Origin: Flavobacterium sp. MedPE-SWcel
GTDB taxonomy: Bacteria; Bacteroidota; Bacteroidia; Flavobacteriales; Flavobacteriaceae
DNA length: 64,000 bases
Reading direction: 5' to 3'
Assembly: GCA_001874325.1 (NCBI GenBank)
Contig: MPCW01000011.1
Location: 32,519 to 96,518, forward strand
The notes beneath the pieces were generated by a model. The model ran no database searches and had not been told where the DNA came from. It saw only the letters and a list, made by a program, of their open reading frames with translations. Positions 1 through 6,991 of the stretch are shown piece after piece (the stretch's first letter is position 1; each line of letters opens with the position of its first letter). Made by a program: the position numbers and the translations under genes.

Positions 1-310
1 TAGTTTTAACTCTGGTAGACCTTATGATAACCCGAATGAAGCAGCTTTTATGAATGGTAAAACGAATACTTATAACAATCTTAGTCTTAGTTGGGCATGG
101 TTGTTAAATCAGCAAAAAATACTGTACTTCTCGATGTCTAACGTTATAGGTAATGATAATGTATTTGGTTATGATTATGCTAATACACCTAATGTAAACG
201 GTCAGTTTGATAGACAGGCTATTACTCAAGCAGCCGATCGTTTCTTTTTTGTAGGTTTCTTTTGGACAATTAGCGATGATAAGAAAACTAACCAGTTAGA
301 TAATTTATAG
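1..310 (+). CDS. 3' end of an outer-membrane beta-barrel / TonB-dependent receptor (5' truncated by window edge)
   Basis: Frame is open from position 2 (SFNSGRPYDNPNEAAF...) to TAG at 308-310. Amphipathic beta-strand pattern ends RFFFVGFFWTISDDKKTNQLDNL, as in the receptor that precedes this kinase locus in Flavobacteria. Confidence 0.75.
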   Translation, partial: SFNSGRPYDNPNEAAFMNGKTNTYNNLSLSWAWLLNQQKILYFSMSNVIGNDNVFGYDYANTPNVNGQFDRQAITQAADRFFFVGFFWTISDDKKTNQLDNL

Positions 311-317
311 TAAGAAA

Positions 318-415
318 TTAGCTTCTTATTTTTTCATCAAGAAACTTATAATTTTTAGTTTCAAATACTTTTAAGCATTCTAGAGCCTCTTCTGTCTTCA
401 TAAAAGTTGTAACCT
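318..415 (-). pseudogene. Displaced copy of the 3' end of ORF 2398-2817
   Basis: 88/98 nt identical to 2398-2495. Minus strand reads VTTFMKTEEALECLKVFETKNYKFLDEKIRS-stop versus VTTFMEIEEALECLKAFETKNYKFLDKRIKN-stop. Confidence 0.9.
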
Positions 416-645
416 CGATAGGATTTAATTCGGAATTCTAAACGGATGATAATTAACAAATTGAAAGCGTTTTTTAAGCCGTTTTCAAGCCACAACTCTC
501 AAGATTGTGCGTTTTTCGGTTTCTATGACCTCGACAGGATTTAATTCGGAATGCTAAACGACTGATAATCAATAAATTGAAAACATTTTTAAGCCATATT
601 TAAGCCACAACCCTCAAGATTGTGCGTTTTTCGGTTTCTATGACC
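412..645. repeat. Tandem duplication of a ~116-bp non-coding unit (412-527, 528-642)
   Basis: Both units run ACCTCGAYAGGATTTAATTCGGAAT...CTCAAGATTGTGCGTTTTTCGGTTTCTATG, with about 13 differences by manual alignment. Confidence 0.95.
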
Positions 646-685
646 CCTCAGGGGTCATTACGATGACCCTACATCGTGTATTTTT
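646..685. repeat. 40-bp palindromic REP-like repeat, copy 1
   Basis: CCTCAGGGGTCATTACGATGACCCTACATCGTGTATTTTT, 39/40 identical to 1560-1599. Minus strand has GTAG followed by the hairpin GGTCAT-CGTA-ATGACC. This copy is extended by the palindrome TGACCCCT-C-AGGGGTCA (641-657). Confidence 0.9.
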
Positions 686-711
686 TATTCAGCTCATCAA
701 GAGCTAAAAGG

Positions 712-1080
712 TTATTTTTTTATATAGTTATTCTTAATAGCCCAGTCATAATAAAATTTTATTACTAAGCTATCAGGGGTGCTATTAATACTATTTGGAG
801 CAGGTAAACCTGAAATTTTCTTCATAGCAATCATTTTACTTTGATACACAGAAATTCCTTTATATTCCATTGAATGAGAAATTCTAGCATCTGTAGGGTT
901 CTCAAAAATATTAGGAATAAACTTTGTTTTTTCCTCTTCTCCTATATAATAATACCCTGTAACAATTTGATTAGTATTTGAACTATTGATCTTTTCACTT
1001 ATTTCGTTATCAGTTTGACCACTTTTTTCATTACACGAAATAGCAAAAACTAATAGTATATATAAATATATTTTTCTCAT
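712..1080 (-). CDS. Hypothetical lipoprotein
   Basis: 122 aa; signal peptide with lipobox FAIS-C; no recognisable domain. Confidence 0.75.
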   Translation of the reverse strand: MRKIYLYILLVFAISCNEKSGQTDNEISEKINSSNTNQIVTGYYYIGEEEKTKFIPNIFENPTDARISHSMEYKGISVYQSKMIAMKKISGLPAPNSINSTPDSLVIKFYYDWAIKNNYIKK

Positions 1081-1096
1081 TAACGAGGCTTTATAA

Positions 1097-1486
1097 TTAA
1101 ATATAATTTTGCATTTTAAATGAAAATATGAATAAGAATATACTTAGAAGTATTGATAAGAAAACAAGAAATATATTAATTAAATCTTTTATTGGTTTTG
1201 TTTTTACGTAATATCTTGGTGGATCAAACTTTAAAATAAATTTTGTCATGTTTTTTTTATTTAGGTAAAAAGCAAAGTAGAAAGGGATGGTTATTATGAA
1301 AAATATATTCGTATTATCCTCATGAAGTTTTAATGCAACAATGAGGTTATAAACAACTGATAATAAAAAAATGAAAAGGTACGTATTTAGAATGTATGTC
1401 ATTTTATTTAACCATTCTTTTGGCTTACTATTACTCTCCTTATACATCATTGCAGAATAATGCATATATATAAATTTTTTGAACAT
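1097..1486 (-). CDS. Hypothetical membrane protein (about 3 TM)
   Basis: 129 aa, three hydrophobic stretches, very AT-rich. Confidence 0.65.
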   Translation of the reverse strand: MFKKFIYMHYSAMMYKESNSKPKEWLNKMTYILNTYLFIFLLSVVYNLIVALKLHEDNTNIFFIITIPFYFAFYLNKKNMTKFILKFDPPRYYVKTKPIKDLINIFLVFLSILLSIFLFIFSFKMQNYI

Positions 1487-1559
1487 TTTTTGATAATTAG
1501 ATTATTCTTTTTTAGGTACATCATATAATTTCACTTGGCTTGTATTATTATCAATAGTA

Positions 1560-1599
1560 CCTCAGGGGTCATTACGATGACCCTACATCGCGTATTTTT
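1560..1599. repeat. 40-bp palindromic REP-like repeat, copy 2
   Basis: CCTCAGGGGTCATTACGATGACCCTACATCGCGTATTTTT; contains the last codons and stop of ORF 1572-2042. Confidence 0.9.
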
Positions 1600-2042
1600 G
1601 GTTTTATTATTAAACAAGGTTTTGTACAGTTTGGTTGATAATCTACTAAAACACCTATCTTCTCTTTTCCTTTTATTTTTGAGTGTAAATATTCTTTTAA
1701 GAAATCTACACCATCAAAACTTAACGCAGCAAATCCAAAAATTATAAACTTATAATTATCAATTTCTTGATCTATAATAAATTTAAGAAAGTCTATTTTA
1801 CAAGCTCCTGTTTTGGGGTGTAACCCTGCTTTTTTTAGCTGTTTCTTATTTTTATCTCTGTATGTGGGTAATAAATAAACCTTACCGTTTTTAGAAAGAG
1901 AATTAATGATAATTGTCTCTTTTGAATCAAAGATATCATTATTAACGATTAATTCGTCGGCAAGATATTCATTGTCCGTTTTTAGATGATAAACCTGTCC
2001 AAACTTAAAATTATACATTTTATCCATTACTATTTGACTCAT
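1572..2042 (-). CDS. Hypothetical cytoplasmic protein
   Basis: 156-aa ORF 3 nt downstream of 2046-2390; last residues (KIRDVGSS) are encoded by the repeat. Confidence 0.7.
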   Translation of the reverse strand: MSQIVMDKMYNFKFGQVYHLKTDNEYLADELIVNNDIFDSKETIIINSLSKNGKVYLLPTYRDKNKKQLKKAGLHPKTGACKIDFLKFIIDQEIDNYKFIIFGFAALSFDGVDFLKEYLHSKIKGKEKIGVLVDYQPNCTKPCLIIKPKIRDVGSS

Positions 2043-2045
2043 TCT

Positions 2046-2390
2046 CTATATTTCTCTTTCGGAATATTTTATCATAGATTTATTTTTAAACAAAACAATA
2101 TTAATTGTGTTATCTTCATCTTTTATTATGTTTTTATAAAAACTATCTCCTGACTTTTCAAAGCTAGTTGTATCTATGTTTTTTAATAATTCATCAAATT
2201 CATTTTTATCAAGCGTAATATTAATTATTAATAATGACTCGCCTATACCTGCTTCTGAGTTATAATCTAACTTACAATCTGAAGGCAAACCAGTTCCTAA
2301 AACATCTTCAACCTTATTAATTTTATCCTCGCTATTGTTAGAACAAGATAAAATCATGAAAAATGAAAATAATATTAAAAAATGTTTCAT
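2046..2390 (-). CDS. Hypothetical lipoprotein
   Basis: 114 aa; signal peptide with lipobox MILS-C. Confidence 0.8.
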   Translation of the reverse strand: MKHFLILFSFFMILSCSNNSEDKINKVEDVLGTGLPSDCKLDYNSEAGIGESLLIINITLDKNEFDELLKNIDTTSFEKSGDSFYKNIIKDEDNTINIVLFKNKSMIKYSEREI

Positions 2391-2397
2391 TATAGGG

Positions 2398-2817
2398 TTA
2401 GTTTTTTATTCTTTTATCAAGAAACTTATAATTTTTAGTTTCAAACGCTTTTAAGCATTCTAAAGCTTCTTCTATCTCCATAAAAGTTGTAACCTGAGTA
2501 GTATATTGCTCTTCAAACTTACTACTGAGTCCAAACCATTTCTTTATGTTTTTTGGTCTGGTATAAAAAACTAAAAAATTGTAATCATCAGGTTCGCCAG
2601 CTGGGAAAAAACTAATACTATTTTTGTCAGATTTATTTTCAAACTCTACAGGAGGTTCATAACCAATATCTTTTTTAATAGCCTCGTTAGCTTTAACTAG
2701 AAAGCCATTCCAGTCATAGTTGTTAAACTCTTGTTCTAGCTCTGTACTGTTGACTGTTTTTTGTGTAAATATATTTGGGTCTTCAGTTTTGGCAGTATGC
2801 ACTATGATATTGTCCAT
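2398..2817 (-). CDS. Hypothetical protein, first gene of the cassette array
   Basis: 139-aa ORF with an upstream TATATTTG promoter element; its 3' 98 bp are duplicated at 318-415. Confidence 0.8.
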   Translation of the reverse strand: MDNIIVHTAKTEDPNIFTQKTVNSTELEQEFNNYDWNGFLVKANEAIKKDIGYEPPVEFENKSDKNSISFFPAGEPDDYNFLVFYTRPKNIKKWFGLSSKFEEQYTTQVTTFMEIEEALECLKAFETKNYKFLDKRIKN

Positions 2818-2831
2818 GTAATTTTTTATTT

Positions 2832-2839
2832 CAAATATA
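2832..2839 (-). promoter_or_regulatory. Bacteroidetes sigma70 -7 element for the minus-strand array
   Basis: Reverse complement is TATATTTG (TAnnTTTG), 14 nt upstream of the ATG at 2817. Confidence 0.65.
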
Positions 2840-2848
2840 ACCTAAATA

Positions 2849-2878
2849 ACAACTCATCCTCAAAAATATACAATTCGG
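2849..2878 (+). promoter_or_regulatory. Candidate LytTR-binding direct repeat
   Basis: ACAACTCAT (2849-2857) and ACAATTCGG (2870-2878): 9-bp imperfect repeats with a 12-bp spacer, upstream of a suboptimal -7 element CATCTTTG (2912-2919). Confidence 0.5.
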
Positions 2879-2958
2879 TAAAACACATTTTTTTTGGAGT
2901 GAGATAGTTAACATCTTTGTACTATCAAATAATAACAAACACTTAAAAACTTTAAATT

Positions 2959-3585
2959 ATGATACGAGTAATTACAACACTTATTTTATTTGTGTGCGGT
3001 ACTATAACAGCACAGTCGCAGTATGAAGCAGGAATGCAAAAAGCTCTTGGTCTTTGGGAGAAAGGTAACAGTGTAGAAGCTGCTGCTTTGTTTGAAAGAA
3101 TTGGAGCTGCTGAGAAAGATAATTGGTTACCATCTTATTATGTTGCCTTAGTTAATACGGTTGATGCTTTCCAACCAAAGAATAAAGAGAAAGTACCAGC
3201 ACTACTAGCTAAGGCACAAGAGGCACAAGATAAAGCAATGCTTATTAGCCCAGACAATGCTGAGCTGCTAGTAATGCAAGCGATGATACATACTGCTTGG
3301 ATTGTTTATGATCCAATGACTAACGGTATGAAACTATCAGGTACAGTAAATGGGCTATATGCAAAGGCATTAGCCATTGCACCAGAGAACCCTAGAGTAG
3401 TTTTCTCTAAAGCTGATTTTGAGATAGGTGGTGCAACTTATTTTGGTAATGATACAACACCTATGTGTCAAGAAATAGAGCGTTCTATAACACTTTTTGC
3501 TAACTTTAAGCCAGAGACGGCTTTTCATCCAAACTGGGGATTAGATAGAGCTAAACAACAAGTAGAGACGTGTAACAAAAAATAA
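2959..3585 (+). CDS. Secreted helical (TPR-like) protein
   Basis: Signal peptide; helical repeats such as AKALAIAPENPRV. Confidence 0.75.
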   Translation: MIRVITTLILFVCGTITAQSQYEAGMQKALGLWEKGNSVEAAALFERIGAAEKDNWLPSYYVALVNTVDAFQPKNKEKVPALLAKAQEAQDKAMLISPDNAELLVMQAMIHTAWIVYDPMTNGMKLSGTVNGLYAKALAIAPENPRVVFSKADFEIGGATYFGNDTTPMCQEIERSITLFANFKPETAFHPNWGLDRAKQQVETCNKK

Positions 3586-3594
3586 AAACTGATA

Positions 3595-4944
3595 ATGACA
3601 AAAGTGTTACTAAAAGAGGTTTTAAAGGCATTAGGCTTAGGAGTTATAATTTTTATAGTATTTTCTATAATTAGAATAGCTTCTGGAGTTAGTATATCAT
3701 GGAATTATTTATTGTTTACAAACTTCTTACACACAATGTTATATAGCCTAACGCTTTATATGGCTAATGCTTTTGTTTTTATGGGGATGGATAAGTTGTT
3801 TAAAGGCGATAGAATGTCTGGGAAACGACTTGTAGTAGGGTTTGTATCGTCTTTTGCGGTATCGATTGTTTTGATATTTTTATTACGAATATTTGAAGAC
3901 ATTATAATAGAAGGTGAGTCATTCTCTGTTTTTATAGAGGGCGAAAAAATAGAGAATTATTATAACTCTATGATTATTACAGCTATAATAACTTTATTAA
4001 TACATGTATTCTATTTCTATAAAAAATATCAAGAGAATAGAGTAAAACAACAAAAGATTATTGCAGGGACAGCTTCTGCAAAGTTCGAAACTTTAAAAAA
4101 TCAGATAGATCCTCATTTTCTTTTTAATAGCCTTAATGTACTTAGTTCGCTTATAGAAGAAAACCCAGATAATGCACAACGTTTTACAACATCACTTTCT
4201 AAAGTATATCGTTATGTGCTAGAGCAAAGAGATAAAGAATTAGTAAGTGTAGAAGAAGAACTTGCTTTTGCAAAAACATATATGAATCTTTTAAAGATGC
4301 GTTTTGAAAATAGTATTTCTTTCGAAATGCCTCAAATGACATTGGATACAGAAACGAAGGTAGTGCCTTTATCATTACAGTTATTGTTAGAGAATACTAT
4401 AAAACATAATATAGTTAGTCAGCAAAAGCCACTGCACATTAAAATATTTGAAGAGGGAGATTACTTAGTGGTACAAAATGATTTTAGAAAAAAAGAAGTG
4501 CTACAAGGAAGAAAAGGTGTGGGACTTCAGAATATAATAAGTCGTTATGCCATAATAACAAAACGAGAAGTAATTGTAGAGCAAACAGAAGATTACTTTA
4601 CAGTAAAATTACCGATTTTAACAAAACAAGTTACAATTATGGAGACACCAATGTTTGACGAAAAAGAGAGTAGTTACTATAAAGCCCAGAAAAGAGTAGA
4701 GGAAATAAAAGGCTTTTATGGACACCTTACCTCTTATGTAATAGTAAATATAGGACTTGCAATACTTAACCTATTAACATCTCCGAGCCATATATGGTTC
4801 TTTTACCCAGCAATGGGATGGGGTATAGGGGTACTAGTACACGGTATGAGTGTATTTAATTATTTACCATTTATGGGTAATGACTGGGAAGAGCGAAAAA
4901 TAAGAGAGTTAATGGAAAAGGAAAAAAATAACAAATGGAGATAA
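3595..4944 (+). CDS. LytS/YehU-type sensor histidine kinase with C-terminal 2TM domain
   Basis: 4 N-terminal TM helices; H-box LKNQIDPHFLFNSLN; N-box LLENTIKHN; G2 GVGLQNI; C-terminal AQKRVEEIKGFYGHL...WGIG..HG...WEERKI. Confidence 0.92.
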   Translation: MTKVLLKEVLKALGLGVIIFIVFSIIRIASGVSISWNYLLFTNFLHTMLYSLTLYMANAFVFMGMDKLFKGDRMSGKRLVVGFVSSFAVSIVLIFLLRIFEDIIIEGESFSVFIEGEKIENYYNSMIITAIITLLIHVFYFYKKYQENRVKQQKIIAGTASAKFETLKNQIDPHFLFNSLNVLSSLIEENPDNAQRFTTSLSKVYRYVLEQRDKELVSVEEELAFAKTYMNLLKMRFENSISFEMPQMTLDTETKVVPLSLQLLLENTIKHNIVSQQKPLHIKIFEEGDYLVVQNDFRKKEVLQGRKGVGLQNIISRYAIITKREVIVEQTEDYFTVKLPILTKQVTIMETPMFDEKESSYYKAQKRVEEIKGFYGHLTSYVIVNIGLAILNLLTSPSHIWFFYPAMGWGIGVLVHGMSVFNYLPFMGNDWEERKIRELMEKEKNNKWR

Positions 4945-5261
4945 GTATTATGAGAGATAATAGAAGATTAGATGCTTATGCCAGAGCAGAAAAGAAGATA
5001 AAAGATATAAAGAGTTTTTATATTAATCTGATGTGTTATTGTATTGTAATACCAGTGCTAATATTTATAAACCTTAAGTACACGCCTGAATATTATTGGT
5101 TTTTTTATTCAGCTATAGGGTGGGGATGTGGATTAACAATTCATGGATTGATGGCATATGAAAGACTTCCGTTTTTGACAAGAGATTGGGAAGAGCGTAA
5201 GATAAAAGAGATTATGGATCAAGAAGTAAATATATCTCGTGAAAATAATGATAATGAGTAA
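4935..5261 (+). CDS. 2TM domain protein
   Basis: AEKKIKDIKSFYINL...W.F..GWG.GL.IHG...WEERKIKE; start may be ATG 4950. Confidence 0.88.
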   Translation: MEISIMRDNRRLDAYARAEKKIKDIKSFYINLMCYCIVIPVLIFINLKYTPEYYWFFYSAIGWGCGLTIHGLMAYERLPFLTRDWEERKIKEIMDQEVNISRENNDNE

Positions 5262-5838
5262 CAGTGAAAACAAAGATTATAGACAAGCAGAAAAAAGAGT
5301 AAAAGCAATAAAGGGCTTTTATATCAATCTGTTGATATACTTTATTGCTAATGCGGTATTGGTATATATTAATCTTGTTTACACTCCTGATGTTCATTGG
5401 TTTTGGTACTCTATACTTTCATGGGGAATAGGAATGTTATTATACGGTATAGTTGTTTTTCATGGTATACCATTTATGAATAGTAATTGGGAAGAGCAAA
5501 AAGTAATAGCGTTAATTGAAAAAGCGAACAACAAAGAAGGAAGCATAAATAATATTCTAAGCAAACAAGCACAGCATAATCGTGCAAAAAAGAGAGTACG
5601 TGCTTTAAGAAATTTTTATAGACATCTTGTTGCTTATACTGTAATTAGTATAATTTTATTACTATTAATTTTAATGGGAATAAGGGAGTATGTAGTATTT
5701 GGTATTGCGTTTGGGTGGACTGTAGGATTTATTATTCATTTTTTTAAGGTATTTGGAGTTTCGTTATTTTTAGGTAAAAGTTGGGAAGAACAAAAGCTTA
5801 AGGGCTTAATGGAGGAAGAAAAAAAATATTATAAATAA
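5239..5838 (+). CDS. Tandem double 2TM domain protein
   Basis: Two copies of A.KRV.A...FY..L...W..G...WEEQK; start may be ATG 5254. Confidence 0.88.
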   Translation: MKIMIMSNSENKDYRQAEKRVKAIKGFYINLLIYFIANAVLVYINLVYTPDVHWFWYSILSWGIGMLLYGIVVFHGIPFMNSNWEEQKVIALIEKANNKEGSINNILSKQAQHNRAKKRVRALRNFYRHLVAYTVISIILLLLILMGIREYVVFGIAFGWTVGFIIHFFKVFGVSLFLGKSWEEQKLKGLMEEEKKYYK

Positions 5839-5850
5839 AAGTATTGACAC

Positions 5851-6171
5851 ATGGAAAATTCATTTAATGAACAATTGAGATATCAACGTGCAAAAAAAAG
5901 AGTACGATCTATAAGAGGTTTTTTTATACACCTTATGGTTTTTATATTAGTAAACGCTTTTTTACTATTTTTAAAGTGGGTAAAACTTGATGAGGGACAA
6001 TCACTTTTTACTTTTAATAATTTATCTACAGTATTTTTCTGGGGATTCGGGGTATTATTCCACGCAATTGGAGTTTTTGGTACTAAAGTATTTTTAGGTA
6101 GTGACTGGGAAGAGCGAAAAATAAAAGAAATGATGGAGCAGGAGGAGCGCAAGAGTAAGGAATGGAAATAA
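5851..6171 (+). CDS. 2TM domain protein
   Basis: AKKRVRSIRGFFIHL...FWGFGVLFHA...WEERKIKE. Confidence 0.88.
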   Translation: MENSFNEQLRYQRAKKRVRSIRGFFIHLMVFILVNAFLLFLKWVKLDEGQSLFTFNNLSTVFFWGFGVLFHAIGVFGTKVFLGSDWEERKIKEMMEQEERKSKEWK

Positions 6172-6205
6172 GTAAATAAATATATTATACTAATAAGTAA
6201 TTAAG

Positions 6206-6964
6206 ATGAATGTTATTATTATAGAGGATGAAAAACCAGCAGCAAGACTGTTGCAGCGAAAATTGCAAAAAATGGATGTGCAAGCTGATGTAATGTTACA
6301 TTCGGTTGAAGAGTCTCTTGAATGGTTTAATAATAACCCACACCCAGAGCTTATTTTTTTAGATATACAGTTGTCTGACGGGCTTTCTTTTGAAATCTTT
6401 GAAACGATAGAAATTAATAGTGCTATTATTTTTACAACGGCTTATGATGAGTATGCGCTTCGTGCTTTTAAATTAAATAGTATAGATTATTTATTAAAAC
6501 CAATAGATGAAGATGATCTTGAGGTGGCGATTAATAAATATAAAGGAAATCGAGTACAGCCTCAAAATATGTCATTAGATTTTGAGCAAATAAAACGTAT
6601 GTTAGTAAACCCTCTCGATAAGAGTTATAAAAAGCGTTTTACTATAAAGATGGGGCAACGCCTAAAAATGATAAATGTGAGTGATGCAGAGTGTTTTTTT
6701 AGCGAAAATAAAGGAACATATATACACACTACAGATAATAGAGATTACCTTTTAGAATATACACTAGAGCAATTAGAGGGAGAGTTAGACCCTGCAAAGT
6801 TTTATAGAGTAAGTCGTAAATATATAGTGAGTATAGACGCGATTAAAGATATTGTGGTCTATACAAACTCTCGTTTAAAAGTTATACTACCTACTTATAC
6901 TACTGATGAGGTTATAGTAAGCCGTGAGCGTGTAAATAGTTTTAGAGAATGGCTAGGTAGTTAA
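6206..6964 (+). CDS. LytTR-family response regulator
   Basis: REC motifs IIEDE, FLDIQLSDG, TTAYD, LLKP; LytTR domain FYRVSRKYIV...VSRERV. Confidence 0.95.
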   Translation: MNVIIIEDEKPAARLLQRKLQKMDVQADVMLHSVEESLEWFNNNPHPELIFLDIQLSDGLSFEIFETIEINSAIIFTTAYDEYALRAFKLNSIDYLLKPIDEDDLEVAINKYKGNRVQPQNMSLDFEQIKRMLVNPLDKSYKKRFTIKMGQRLKMINVSDAECFFSENKGTYIHTTDNRDYLLEYTLEQLEGELDPAKFYRVSRKYIVSIDAIKDIVVYTNSRLKVILPTYTTDEVIVSRERVNSFREWLGS

Positions 6965-6991
6965 TTAACTACAATAGCCATCCTTATACTA

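Noticed and set aside
520-600. Complete tRNA gene
   Set aside because: Only about 16 nt resemble a tRNA 3' end; no D arm or anticodon arm can be folded.
412-685. CRISPR array
   Set aside because: Only two units, similar along their whole length with no unique spacers, and no cas genes.
646-1599. Canonical integron attC sites
   Set aside because: The 40-bp repeats lack the RYYYAAC...GTTRRRY boundaries, are shorter than attC sites, and no intI is present.
1535-1747. Plus-strand 70-aa ORF across the repeat
   Set aside because: TTG start, antisense to ORF 1572-2042, no recognisable features; treated as a shadow ORF.
318-2495. Diversity-generating retroelement TR/VR pair (98-bp repeat at a gene 3' end)
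   Set aside because: The 10 mismatches are transitions in both directions, at both A/G and C/T positions of the coding strand, so they are not adenine-specific. No reverse transcriptase is in the window.
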